DNA from: Candidatus Bathyarchaeota archaeon | GTDB taxonomy: Archaea > Thermoproteota > Bathyarchaeia > Bathyarchaeales > Bathycorpusculaceae | Assembly (NCBI GenBank): GCA_963707955.1 | Contig: OY970176.1 | Coordinates: 448,001 to 512,000, forward strand | DNA length: 64,000 nt | Reading direction: 5' to 3' | Shown here: piece by piece, positions 20,456 to 30,516 of the stretch | How the letters are laid out: each line of letters starts with the position of its first letter | Numbering within the stretch: position 1 is the first letter of the stretch | Notes under the pieces: generated by a model | Seen by the model: the letters and a program-made list of their open reading frames with translations, nothing else | What the model was told of the DNA's origin: nothing | Databases searched by the model: none | Position numbers and translations under genes: made by a program

Positions 20456-21931
20456 GTGTTAGCGTTCGAGGAGCTGTGGAGTGAAGGCTTGGCGGCAAGT
20501 TCAAAAGTTTTTTTGGTCGTTGGCTTCCTGCTAGTTGTCACTTTCTTGGCAATTTTCTCGGGTGCTTTTTGTAGCAGAGGCTCTTTCGTGGCGTTGGCCT
20601 CGGATGCCAACATCGTTGTTAACCCTGGCCAATCAATAAGTGCGGCCTTGAGCTCCGCTTCACAAGGGGACACGATACTGCTCATGACCGGGACTTATTC
20701 TCAATCACAAATATCTGTTAACAAGACTGTGACTATAACAGGCGAAGATCCTGAGCGAACCATCATTGACGGCGGGGGCACGGCATCTGACATTTTTATG
20801 ATTACTGCAGATAACGTTGTGATAGAGAATCTCACGGTGGAGAACACTGATTCAAGTTTTGCAATTTCTGCGCCAGCAGTTTACCTATTTAATGCTACAG
20901 GGGTCCATGTAGAGAACCTGATGATTAAGAAGGCATTCTTCGGTTTGCAATTCACGGATTCGAACTCTTCTATGATAACGTATTGCACGATATCTGAAAC
21001 CTTTGATTATGGAGTTTTCCTGCGTGACAGGAGTTGTAATAACACTTTTTTTGGTAATACTATTGAGAACAATTCGGATGGGATGGTTTTCTCTGATGCG
21101 ACGTGTCAGTTTAACAGGGTTTATAACAACAACTTCATCGGGAACTTAAAGCAGCTTCAATTTTTCGGGACTAACTACTTTGATGATGGATATCCTTCTG
21201 GTGGAAACTATTGGAGTGACGCCGTTGGAACAGATTTGAAGTCTGGCCCTGACCAGAACGAGGTTGGAGGCGATGGAATACTTGATCAAGGCTATCCTGA
21301 ATCTTCGGCTTGGGATAGGTATCCTTTGGATTGGCCCATCACGAACCTGCAGGTGACGGTGGGGGCAGAAAATTTCGTGCTGCAGGTTTCAACGAATTCA
21401 ACTTTGACTGGATGTTATCTTAATGGGACAGCGAAAACCGTCGGCCTTTTGCTCAATGCTTCAGAGAATCTTGTCGGTTCCTGCAGAATCACGATTCCTA
21501 AAGGATTTTTATCGACGGACAACATTAGCGAATGGAAAGTCGCAGAAGTTTATCTTAATGGAACTTCTTTGAACTTGCCGTACTGGGCTGCGGAGGACTC
21601 GGAGAACACGTACGCCTATTTCACTTACACGCAATCGGAAGTGAAGGAAATTGACGTTACTGGAACTTTATTGGTGGATGAGTTCTTTGATTTCATGATT
21701 CTAGCCTTCATGTTTGTCTCAGTCGGCGTTCTTGTGCTCTGGAAAAGCTTGAGAAAGCGAAAGTCGTCCGCCAACGTGTTTAAGCCGCTTTTTAAGGAGT
21801 TGTGCTGCCGCTTGACATCTGGCCCGTTCGACGACGGTGTCAGTAATCGTGCAGGTCTACGCTGTTCGCAACGTACCGCCAGAACTCTCTTTGAAATAGA
21901 GTCCAGTTCTCTTCGGACTTCATACGCTTGA
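20456..21931 (+). CDS. Secreted right-handed parallel beta-helix (NosD/CASH-like) protein with C-terminal TM
   Basis: GDTILL..GTY, TIIDGGG, Asn ladders and FDDGYPSGGNYWSD; VDEF + TM + RKRK. The tail overlaps the convergent gene, so the true stop may be earlier. Confidence 0.85.
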   Translation: MLAFEELWSEGLAASSKVFLVVGFLLVVTFLAIFSGAFCSRGSFVALASDANIVVNPGQSISAALSSASQGDTILLMTGTYSQSQISVNKTVTITGEDPERTIIDGGGTASDIFMITADNVVIENLTVENTDSSFAISAPAVYLFNATGVHVENLMIKKAFFGLQFTDSNSSMITYCTISETFDYGVFLRDRSCNNTFFGNTIENNSDGMVFSDATCQFNRVYNNNFIGNLKQLQFFGTNYFDDGYPSGGNYWSDAVGTDLKSGPDQNEVGGDGILDQGYPESSAWDRYPLDWPITNLQVTVGAENFVLQVSTNSTLTGCYLNGTAKTVGLLLNASENLVGSCRITIPKGFLSTDNISEWKVAEVYLNGTSLNLPYWAAEDSENTYAYFTYTQSEVKEIDVTGTLLVDEFFDFMILAFMFVSVGVLVLWKSLRKRKSSANVFKPLFKELCCRLTSGPFDDGVSNRAGLRCSQRTARTLFEIESSSLRTSYA

Positions 21932-22220
21932 GCAGGAAATATCCGCCTCCAAACGCGGCTGTGAGGAACATCGAATTGATACGACGTTTGTTCTCAATTC
22001 CAGACCGCTCCAACGTCACTTTCAAGTTGTTCGGGTCGCCTTCTATGGTGACGGTGACGAGACCTTCCATCTTGTATTTTGATGAATCTAGGGCCTCTAT
22101 TTTGAAGCCGTTTTCAAGTGTCTCCTTGTAGGCTTCAAAGTCGTTTTTCTTGAAGAATTCTCCGACATGTGTCGTGAAACGTGCCAGGTCGACGTTTTTG
22201 TCCGTCCATTTTCTTTCCAT
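21840..22220 (-). CDS. Hypothetical protein
   Basis: 126-aa ORF with ATG preceded by GAGGAG. Confidence 0.7.
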   Translation of the reverse strand: MERKWTDKNVDLARFTTHVGEFFKKNDFEAYKETLENGFKIEALDSSKYKMEGLVTVTIEGDPNNLKVTLERSGIENKRRINSMFLTAAFGGGYFLLKRMKSEENWTLFQREFWRYVANSVDLHDY

Positions 22221-22278
22221 GAATGTTCTCCTCGTCGTCTTATATTGGGCTTCATAATCTTCAAATGTTTGGTTTCAG

Positions 22279-22764
22279 TTAATCAATCTTTGATCTGATA
22301 TAAACAGCGAACACCGCCAAGACTATGACAACGCTGAATGCGAGGATTGCAAATTGTTGGTAGACGTGATTCGCCACAGCGGTATATGTAGGAACCAGTT
22401 CACCTACGTGCCCGTTCATGACCCATCTGTTCCCTAAGAATACGGTTTCCATGTCGGCGAAGCTGTAGAGTATTATGCCGATCGTTAAGAGAGCTATAAG
22501 CGAGGTTATTGAAAGTGCATAAGCTTTTTCCAGAGTTGTGCCTGAAAAGTAGCTCCTTGAATGAACCAAGAAGGCTAGAATCATCAGAACTCCGCCCATC
22601 AAGACCTCGATCGCTGCTTCCAATGAAAAACTCAGCGGGGGAATCGAAGTGGAACCAATTACAAACAAAAGGAACCCTGCAGCGCCTATTATAAGCGGCG
22701 ACTTTTCCATCAGGTAAGAAAGGGCAGATTGTTGAGCTGATTTTGGCCTGTCGACTTCTTCCAT
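22279..22764 (-). CDS. Hypothetical 4-TM membrane protein
   Basis: Four hydrophobic segments. Start uncertain (22764 or 22812). Confidence 0.7.
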   Translation of the reverse strand: MEEVDRPKSAQQSALSYLMEKSPLIIGAAGFLLFVIGSTSIPPLSFSLEAAIEVLMGGVLMILAFLVHSRSYFSGTTLEKAYALSITSLIALLTIGIILYSFADMETVFLGNRWVMNGHVGELVPTYTAVANHVYQQFAILAFSVVIVLAVFAVYIRSKID

Positions 22765-22884
22765 TTTATGACCTTTGTGCGGGAGCTTCAACTGTAAGTC
22801 TAGTTTAATCATTCAGATAAATCTGTCGTCACGAATAATCAGTTTCGTTTTGATATGGATAGACAAAAAAAAGGAGTGTTATAG

Positions 22885-23943
22885 TTATTTGGGGACAGTT
22901 CTTCTTTTTCTCGACAGTACGATAACGCCGGCTGCGAGCGAGAGTGCAGCAAATATGATGGGCAGCGTAAGGATCGGGAATTCTGGAACGACGGTGTATG
23001 CAAAGTTTAGCGTGTTATTGTCCTGCACGCCCTCGATTCCTACCTGGTTAAAAGCAGTTATGTTGTAGGTCACGGTGGTTCCATTTGCGAAGCCGGGTAT
23101 ATGTGTTTCGTAGAGACTGTTTGTAGAGTTGAAGGTCATAGGCAAATCGTACCATGTTGTATCGTTCGTGTAGGAAAGCGTGACGTTCTGGACGCCCGTT
23201 GGGTCGGTTACGTTTATTCCGACGTAGACTGGTTCACCGGGTTGAACAGTGTATTGGTCAGGTGTTTGAGTTGGCGTACCCATCGTTGGGGGTGCAGCTG
23301 TAAGGGTGAACAATCCTGTTTCTAATTGTGGTACATCACTTCCCGAGGGCCAGTAGTAGTCACCACTCCAGGCGGGGTCAAACGAGAAACCGAAATTTAC
23401 TTCCGGCGTTGTCGAGTTTAGCTGAGCTATTATTTTAAACTCTATTTGCATCAGTGTACCTGTTCCGTTGAAGGACCATTCGGGACTGCCCTGTGCGTAT
23501 CCGCAGCCGCACTCGAGGATTTGATAAGTGTCATTATGGATATCGATATTAAATGCCGGGATTAGTACGTCACTTGCAGCTGCGACAGCTCCACTGAAGA
23601 CGTTGTCTGATGGAAGCCAATGGTTGACATATTGGAGTGTGGTGTTATCGAACACTAAGCCTGCTCCCCAACCGTACAGGGATGCGGTGGCGTTGGTAGC
23701 TATTGTGAGGTTTACGAAGAATGTTGAGCCGATGTCATTCGAATTGAAGGTGAAGTTTGAAGTGCCGAGATCGGTTGCGTCTGAAGAAGCGTTCCATTTT
23801 GACGGATTAGAGCTGGGTCCTGGGTTGACTATTGACAAGATTGGGGGATAAGGGCCTGTTTGAGCGAAGGCAACGTGCGTAGTTATTGGTAGCGCCAGTA
23901 GAATGGCCGATAGAACTGCAATCATTATTATTTGCGTTTTCAT
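22885..23943 (-). CDS. Cohesin-like domain + Ig/FN3-like domain + PEF-CTERM-type anchor
   Basis: Signal peptide; TFFVNLTI...LYGWGAGLVFDNTTL...FNGTGTLMQIEFKI cohesin pattern; ends VVPEFP-TM-RKRR. Confidence 0.85.
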   Translation of the reverse strand: MKTQIIMIAVLSAILLALPITTHVAFAQTGPYPPILSIVNPGPSSNPSKWNASSDATDLGTSNFTFNSNDIGSTFFVNLTIATNATASLYGWGAGLVFDNTTLQYVNHWLPSDNVFSGAVAAASDVLIPAFNIDIHNDTYQILECGCGYAQGSPEWSFNGTGTLMQIEFKIIAQLNSTTPEVNFGFSFDPAWSGDYYWPSGSDVPQLETGLFTLTAAPPTMGTPTQTPDQYTVQPGEPVYVGINVTDPTGVQNVTLSYTNDTTWYDLPMTFNSTNSLYETHIPGFANGTTVTYNITAFNQVGIEGVQDNNTLNFAYTVVPEFPILTLPIIFAALSLAAGVIVLSRKRRTVPK

Positions 23944-24029
23944 TTTTTCGACTCCTTCTGCAGTTTTTATATGTATACCTATTTTAAGTTTACGTATTCC
24001 TTCCGTGCTACCAGATTCCAAAACGCAAT

Positions 24030-25220
24030 CTAGCGGATCTTGCCCCTGCGCATCTTCAACCTTTCCCGTGTAAAGAGAACGGAGAAGAAACATATTACAG
24101 CGACCACGTAGGCCATGAACATTATTCCGAGCGGCGACAGGAGCATTATTGAGATAAGTTGACCCATGTATTCGAGCGTGCTGATTCTTCTATCAATGTA
24201 GATTACTATCGAGAATGTGTTGTATTGTGTGTTGTTTTGGCCCTGCAGAGGCTGTATCTGAGCTTCTATCGTGTATGATCCTACTGTAAGGTTGCCAGGA
24301 ATCTTCCAAGTGTACACGTAATAGTCGGTTGCGTTAGGAAGGAGAGTCATGCTTCCTCTTAAGAGTTCAACACTATTAGAATGGAACGTTTCCGAAACGT
24401 TGAAGCTGAAGGTTTCTAAATCGGTCCCATTGTTCGCGAAGCTCGTTGTGATCGTCAAGTTGTCGCCCCGGTAAACATTCGCTTCGTCAAAGCTTATTCC
24501 CGTCACCGAAACGGCTACGATCGTCTGGGATATTGCCTGCGAACCAGAAATGCTCACCGTGGCTGGCTCAGTCAACACCTCAGTATAGCTTGTGGACGGA
24601 TAAATGAAGATGAAAGAAGTAAAGTAGCCCATCGGACTGTTCGGGGAGAGTTGCTTTAGGATATTCAAGTTCGTACTCAATGTCTCTGTTGCGTTGGGAG
24701 TAACAGCAATCGTGAAGTTTGCGTAGAACAAGAGTCCTTCAGTTTCCACGTTTACCGGATAAAAAGGAGGATAGCTTAATGTGTAAAGATCCGAGCAACC
24801 GATGGTTAAGTAGCCTGTGTTAGTTAAATTGTCATAATCCGTTTCTGGTGAAGTTGGAATGAGCGTTGCACCGTTGTCAGTGGCTGGTTTGAACACGTTG
24901 TCGGTGGGTATCCACGCTGTGGCAAAATTTATTATGTTGTTGTCCCAGGTCAGTTCAACCTGCCAACCTGTCAGGTTTGTGACGGTTCTTATGCAGATTG
25001 CCGCGGTGAATGTGGTGTTGATGGGGTAGTCGATCGAGTTGAACTTGAAGGTGCTTGCGTTGGTCGGAGAAAGCGGGTTGATAATCACCATGGTCGGATA
25101 TTGAGACTGTTGAGCTGCCGCTGAAACCCTTTCTGTTTGTGTGGTAACAATCATTAAGAGTATGATTAGCAGGAACAAGGTTTTCAGCGAGCGCGGCTTA
25201 GCATCACCCAAATTGACCAC
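24030..25220 (-). CDS. Cohesin-like + CARDB-like domain, C-terminal TM
   Basis: VTNLTGWQVELTWDNNII cohesin pattern; N.GTDLETF...YTW...GSYTIEA CARDB pattern; TM + basic tail. Confidence 0.82.
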   Translation of the reverse strand: MVNLGDAKPRSLKTLFLLIILLMIVTTQTERVSAAAQQSQYPTMVIINPLSPTNASTFKFNSIDYPINTTFTAAICIRTVTNLTGWQVELTWDNNIINFATAWIPTDNVFKPATDNGATLIPTSPETDYDNLTNTGYLTIGCSDLYTLSYPPFYPVNVETEGLLFYANFTIAVTPNATETLSTNLNILKQLSPNSPMGYFTSFIFIYPSTSYTEVLTEPATVSISGSQAISQTIVAVSVTGISFDEANVYRGDNLTITTSFANNGTDLETFSFNVSETFHSNSVELLRGSMTLLPNATDYYVYTWKIPGNLTVGSYTIEAQIQPLQGQNNTQYNTFSIVIYIDRRISTLEYMGQLISIMLLSPLGIMFMAYVVAVICFFSVLFTRERLKMRRGKIR

Positions 25221-25347
25221 GACTTGATATAACTTAAACCAATTTATAAGTTTGTTGAAAACGTTGGGAATACGTTAGCATGCGCGGAGTTCCCCTTTCG
25301 ACAATGTTTTCTGGAGTTCGCCGATGTTAAGAGGTTTCGCAATGTTT

Positions 25348-25365
25348 AGCGCGCATGCTTGTTCC
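25348..25365. promoter_or_regulatory. 18-nt element AGCGCGCATGCTTGTTCC, exact reverse complement at 39515-39532
   Basis: Both copies are intergenic and read GGAACAAGCATGCGCGCT in the sense of a downstream cohesin gene. Function is unknown. Confidence 0.5.
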
Positions 25366-25791
25366 CAAATTCCTAGATCCGTTCAAAAGGGAGGCATGAC
25401 GTTTCTCGATGGTTACCGTCGCGGTCCGGCCGGGTCTCTCGTGCTCACACCCTCCCCCCGGGTATCCTATATGATCCAAATACGGTTGAAGAGCAAAATT
25501 AGCAGCAGAAGCCACTTCCCAAAAGAATTCAGGAACAAGGCGGCGCGTGACTTTGACCAAACTGTCTGTCTAGTTGGTTGGTCCTTGATTTCGTTTGGCA
25601 TGATGCCGCCTTTGCAGGTTTTGAGGTAGGTGTTGCAAGGCTGCTTGCTGGCTGTGTCCGAAATCATGGTAACTGATCGGTTGGCCCTGCCTCGCAGGTA
25701 TGGAAAGCGGCTTTAATGAGTGCCAGCGCAATCTTTAGGGTAGAAAAAGAGTGGGTTATGTTTGTTTTCGAGTTCTCCAGCGTTGATGATG

Positions 25792-28764
25792 TCAGTATGT
25801 GGTGCTCTTGCCAAAGTTCGACAGTACCAGCGTGATATCTGCCATGTTCACGATTCCGTCTGCGTTCACGTCTGACGTTATGTTCCATCTAGGGTGAGTT
25901 GGGTATGATCCGAAGGCGTTTTCGACTACGATAACGTCTGAAATGTCCACTTTGCCGTCTCCGTTGACGTCGCCCACTATTCTGACCGTTACGTTGCTGA
26001 CGTTCAGAGCGTTGTTTGTCACGTTTATGTCGTAGGGTAGTATGCTGCACGAGCCTGTTATCGTGTAGTTGTGGGGCACTACTGCTGACGTGTTCCATGC
26101 AAAACTCACAGTGATGTGCGCTGACGGGGCTAGAAGGCTCACTTGTTGCACGCCGATGAGTTGAGTATTGTTGTAGTAGCTGCTGACGTTAAAGGTCTCT
26201 GCCAAACTTCCAAGGTTTGCAGCCGTGACGTTTACCTGCATCACACCGCCTTGATAAACCCAGTTTGAGGACCAGTATGAGGACGTGGTCACCATGGTTA
26301 CGGCTAGGTCCCTCATGGCAACGGTGATTGTACCGCTTACGAGTACGTTGTTGGCTGTGTTGTTCTCGTACGGCAGGACAGTGCATGCCCCAGTTATAGT
26401 GTAGTTGCCCAATGGGACTAGAGTAGTGTTCCAAATGAAGGTCAACGTAATGTCCGCTGATGGCGCAAGGGCCGTTACGTGCTGAGTGCCTATCAATCCG
26501 AGAACGGATGATGCGTTTACGTCGAAGCTTTCCGCCATGTTGCCGAGGTTTTCGGCTGTCACGCTTATGCTAAATAGTTGTCCTTCGTAGGCGATGCTGG
26601 ATGATGGAAGCACGTTGATTATAACCAAGTCTTGGATTAGTTTTATTATCTGTACGTTGCCGTCAACGCATATGTTATTCGTCAGGTTGTACTCGTACGG
26701 GACTGTTGATGCAATGCCCGTTATGGTATAGTTTCCTTCTGGTACTACTGTGGTGTTCCATGTGATTGTAGCCGTGTAGTAAGCGCCAGGGGGCAAGGCC
26801 ACGATTGGAGCGGTTCCGATTATTGAATAGTTGTAGTATGCATATGCGGTGAACGTTTCAGTTATGTTTCCCAAGTTGGCGACGGTCACGCTGATGTTGT
26901 TTGTAAATCCCTGAAACGTCAGGTTAGATGAAGGCCCGACGTCGGTGACTGCAACATCCCGTATTATGTTGGCGAAAAGCCCGTTGAACGTGTTATGAGG
27001 TGTTGGGTTTAAGAAATTGTCCAAAAGCTGCGTGTCGGTGAGGTTTAGCGGTGATATTCCGTAGGCGTTAACGTAGAAGTAGAACCTAGCTATCGGAGCA
27101 GGTGAAGATGTGCTGATCGGATTTGAGTAGTTGAAGGTTTCAGTGACCCATGCATAGCCTGCGTTACCGTCCATTGTTGTAGTGAGGATCGGATATTGGC
27201 CTTGAACCTGAAAAGTCTGGATGCCGTAGCTACTTATGATGGAGGGCACGTAGGTGAGGTTGAACACGCATGTTGTCAGGTTCGTGACGTTGGCTATTGT
27301 GATGTTAATGCTGAAGATTGATGATGGTCCTAACGTTAGGTCCATGATGTTGGAGGGGTCAACGTATATTGCGGCTCCTGTTGGCATCGTTGCCGTCAAG
27401 GAGGCAATCGCTGAGTTTACGTCAGTTCCGTTGCTGTCTGTAACGGACAGGAACACGGTGTCAGATTCAACCGCTGCAGCTGTGTAGTTCCAACTGTTTG
27501 ATGTTGCGCCTGGGACGAAGGTTCCGTTCAAGAACCATTGGAAACTGTACGGTGCCACTCCTCCGCTGACTGTTGAAGTGAACGGTGCCGTTTGGCCAAC
27601 GTTTATCGCCGTTGAAAGTGGGCTTATGGAAACTAGAAGTGGCGGAGGCGTGTAAGGTTGTACGTTGCTAAAGTAACCGTCGGTTTCCGTGCTGCTGATA
27701 GGAGCGCTCGAAGAAGTGTAGAGCCGTATTGCCCTCAACTCTATCGCAGTTGTACCGTTGGCTAAAACTTGGAACGTTACAGTGGCAAGCGAACCGTTTC
27801 CGAAAGCGCCAACATCTCCTCCGAGCAGTGTACAGGACAAGACCACCTGGCCGTCCGTAGCGTTGAAGCTCTGAGTGATGCTTGACGCGAAGCTTGTTGT
27901 CCCAACGCTATTTAGAAAGCTTCCTTCCGCCGCGTTGGTTGCGTTCAAGACTGTGTTGTTGTAATATATGTCTATGCTCCAGTTGAAAAGGTCGGTGGCG
28001 TTCATAATAGTGATGTTCAGGCTGAAACTGCTTGGCGGCCCCAGCGTGTAGTTAACTACGGTCGATGGGTTAAAAGCCAATCTGGCTGTTTGAAGAGTCA
28101 GTGGATAGTAGTAGACGAAGCTTCCGGTGTTCAGTCCCGGTACTTCCGACCCGCTTGGCCAAAAGTAAGCGGTTGTCCATACAGGGTCGAATGTGAAAAG
28201 GGAACTTGCTTGCGGACTGGTTGAGTTTACCTGCTTGATTATTTGGAACTCTATTTGAGCCATTGTGCCTGTGCCGTTGAAGCTCCAAGGAGGCGTAGGT
28301 TGCGTATATGCGGCGCCATACTGTATTTCTTGGTGAGTAGCATCGACGGGTGCAACTACTGGCGAAGGCGATATCAAACTTCCACCCGCGTCCACAGCGC
28401 CCGCAAACACGTTGTTGGTTGGAAGCCAGGCTCTGACAAACTGTAGGGTGGTGTTGTCGTAGATTATGCCTATGCCCCATCCGAACAGGCTTGTCACGTT
28501 GGTCACTGTGACGTTCATGAAGAACGTTGAGTCGAAGCTTGTTTCATTGCTGTAGAAGATGAAGTTTGAGGTGTTATAGTCGCGCACTGTTGAGGATGCG
28601 TTCCACCTTGACGGGTAACTGCTGGGCCCGGGGTTTATGATAGAAAACTGCTCTGGCGGCGGCTGAGCCTTGGCGACAAGCATGAACGAAGCTGCCTGAA
28701 CCAAAAGCGCGAACAAAATCAAACTCGCAAGCGCTACTTTCCCAAATTTCTTCCTATATATCAT
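25792..28764 (-). CDS. Scaffoldin-like protein: 3 cohesin-like + 1 PKD-like + 3 CARDB-like domains + C-terminal dockerin
   Basis: Three F.(M/L/I)N(V/I)T(V/I).N.T.L...Y cohesin units; three D(V/L)(A/V)..V...N(L)G...E.F CARDB units; dockerin GDVNGDGKVDISD...DVNADGIVNMAD...NFG; no TM anchor. Confidence 0.88.
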   Translation of the reverse strand: MIYRKKFGKVALASLILFALLVQAASFMLVAKAQPPPEQFSIINPGPSSYPSRWNASSTVRDYNTSNFIFYSNETSFDSTFFMNVTVTNVTSLFGWGIGIIYDNTTLQFVRAWLPTNNVFAGAVDAGGSLISPSPVVAPVDATHQEIQYGAAYTQPTPPWSFNGTGTMAQIEFQIIKQVNSTSPQASSLFTFDPVWTTAYFWPSGSEVPGLNTGSFVYYYPLTLQTARLAFNPSTVVNYTLGPPSSFSLNITIMNATDLFNWSIDIYYNNTVLNATNAAEGSFLNSVGTTSFASSITQSFNATDGQVVLSCTLLGGDVGAFGNGSLATVTFQVLANGTTAIELRAIRLYTSSSAPISSTETDGYFSNVQPYTPPPLLVSISPLSTAINVGQTAPFTSTVSGGVAPYSFQWFLNGTFVPGATSNSWNYTAAAVESDTVFLSVTDSNGTDVNSAIASLTATMPTGAAIYVDPSNIMDLTLGPSSIFSINITIANVTNLTTCVFNLTYVPSIISSYGIQTFQVQGQYPILTTTMDGNAGYAWVTETFNYSNPISTSSPAPIARFYFYVNAYGISPLNLTDTQLLDNFLNPTPHNTFNGLFANIIRDVAVTDVGPSSNLTFQGFTNNISVTVANLGNITETFTAYAYYNYSIIGTAPIVALPPGAYYTATITWNTTVVPEGNYTITGIASTVPYEYNLTNNICVDGNVQIIKLIQDLVIINVLPSSSIAYEGQLFSISVTAENLGNMAESFDVNASSVLGLIGTQHVTALAPSADITLTFIWNTTLVPLGNYTITGACTVLPYENNTANNVLVSGTITVAMRDLAVTMVTTSSYWSSNWVYQGGVMQVNVTAANLGSLAETFNVSSYYNNTQLIGVQQVSLLAPSAHITVSFAWNTSAVVPHNYTITGSCSILPYDINVTNNALNVSNVTVRIVGDVNGDGKVDISDVIVVENAFGSYPTHPRWNITSDVNADGIVNMADITLVLSNFGKSTTY

Positions 28765-28837
28765 ATCCTTCTCCCTTCGATGTTAAGATGAGTTTGGCGG
28801 TTCATTTAAGATTTTTGGTTTTTGTTCGATTTTTTTT

Positions 28838-30403
28838 CTAAATGTATTTTCCGAAGTTTACGAGAACGATGACGACGTCGCTCATGTCGACTTTTCCCTG
28901 TTGGGTTATGTCGCACGCTGGGTTCCAGTTTGGCTTGCTTGGTGTTGAGCCGAACGCTATTAGAACCAGCACCACGTCTGCCATGCTAACCCTTCCGTCA
29001 CCGTTCACGTCTGGGCTTAGTTGTTGCGGTTTAGTCAGAACGTATACTGTGTTCACTGCAGAGCTCTGTGAGCCTAGTGAGTCTGTGATTGTCAGCGTGA
29101 CCGTTGCGTTGATTGAATTTTGATAGATGTGGGTTATCGTTGGTTGAGACGTGTTCTGTACGGTTCCATCCCCGAAGTTCCACTGAAAGTTTACTATCGT
29201 CGTGTAGCCTGTTCCGTTCCATCCGGGTCGTGATGTTGTAGCGTTAAACGTCGCTGTCTGTAATACTATGGGGAACTGTGCGGTCCACGTGAAGGCGGCT
29301 GTCGGTGCTAGTGTGCTGTTGACCCGGATGGACTGTGATATCGTGTTCGAAAGGCTCTGGTTGTCTGTCACGTTCAGCGTCACCGTGTAGGTCATGTTCG
29401 AGTTGAAAGTGTGTGTTACTCTCGGGGTCGGCGGGTTATTGAATGTGCCTTTGTTTATCACCATTGGCGTTCCATCTCCAAAATTCCATGCATATTGAAT
29501 TATTGTGTTGTTGAACCCATGCGCAAGCGAGGGTGACCCGTCGAATGTTGTGGCAAGGTTCACGGCAGTTGGGTCTGGGCTATAAACGTAGCTTGCAACT
29601 GGAGGAAGTGCCTTGGCTGTTAAGCTGAAACTCAGGTTAACAGTGACTGGCCCGCCGTTCTGGTAATTCGTTGTGGCATAAACGGTCCACGTGCCCGGTT
29701 GGGCTAGCGACATGGATATCGGCAGGGTGAAGTTTGGTGGTGTTGGGTTCTGAGGAGCAGGTGTCGAGGGCGTCACAATCGTGAAGTTGGCTTGTGCTTC
29801 TGGGCAGAGAGGATACCCTCCGTCTTGAGGTGCCTGAGTGTACACATTTGCGTACACGTTCGTAAGGCCTGTTGGTGCGTTGACGGGTATGTAGATTGAT
29901 GATTGAAAGGTTTCGAGAGTAAATGCCTCCAGTTGAGTTACGCCGAATGGATAATAAGCTTCATAAGGAATGTTGTTTGAGAATTGAATGTACAGGGCTG
30001 GCATGACGTATATTGGACTGCTACCGTTGTCGATCATCAGAATTCTCACGTTTGCCGTAGAGCCCCTTTGGAAGAGCGTTTTAGGGTTTCCCAGCGAGTC
30101 GCAAGAGTATACTGCTGTTATGATGACTGGCCACCCTGAACTTGGTACTGTGCCGGTGCTTACGGTTCTGAGAACCATAGTATTGCCGCCTGGAGACACC
30201 ATCTGAACCGCGACTAAAGCATCACTTACCAGACCGGTGCCGTACGTGACGTTTCCGGTTATGTGCACGGTGTCTCCTGTCTGATAAGTCGTATGATCAG
30301 TAGACACGTTCACGAAAAGAAAAGTTGCCTGCGCCGAGTGAAGCAAGACCAAACCTGAAGCAAGCACAAGCAACAAGGGTATGATTTTCTTTTGAAACTT
30401 CAT
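28838..30403 (-). CDS. Secreted protein: N-terminal Ig-like module, 2 PKD domains, C-terminal dockerin
   Basis: VSTDHTTYQTGDTV start; two WNFGDG PKD cores; PDVNGDGRVSMAD...CDITQQGKVDMSD...NFG. Confidence 0.88.
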   Translation of the reverse strand: MKFQKKIIPLLLVLASGLVLLHSAQATFLFVNVSTDHTTYQTGDTVHITGNVTYGTGLVSDALVAVQMVSPGGNTMVLRTVSTGTVPSSGWPVIITAVYSCDSLGNPKTLFQRGSTANVRILMIDNGSSPIYVMPALYIQFSNNIPYEAYYPFGVTQLEAFTLETFQSSIYIPVNAPTGLTNVYANVYTQAPQDGGYPLCPEAQANFTIVTPSTPAPQNPTPPNFTLPISMSLAQPGTWTVYATTNYQNGGPVTVNLSFSLTAKALPPVASYVYSPDPTAVNLATTFDGSPSLAHGFNNTIIQYAWNFGDGTPMVINKGTFNNPPTPRVTHTFNSNMTYTVTLNVTDNQSLSNTISQSIRVNSTLAPTAAFTWTAQFPIVLQTATFNATTSRPGWNGTGYTTIVNFQWNFGDGTVQNTSQPTITHIYQNSINATVTLTITDSLGSQSSAVNTVYVLTKPQQLSPDVNGDGRVSMADVVLVLIAFGSTPSKPNWNPACDITQQGKVDMSDVVIVLVNFGKYI

Positions 30404-30516
30404 AATGCAATCCCACACTTTTTCGTGTGTGCTCAACAAGATAAGCATTATGGAATGTTATTCTATTCCTGGCTAAACAAAAATAAAAAGGGGGGAAATA
30501 TGTTTTTCTCAGTTTA

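Noticed and set aside
25327-25667. Short minus-strand ORFs between cohesin genes
   Set aside because: Fragmentary and mutually overlapping with no recognisable homology. A small frameshifted membrane protein cannot be excluded.
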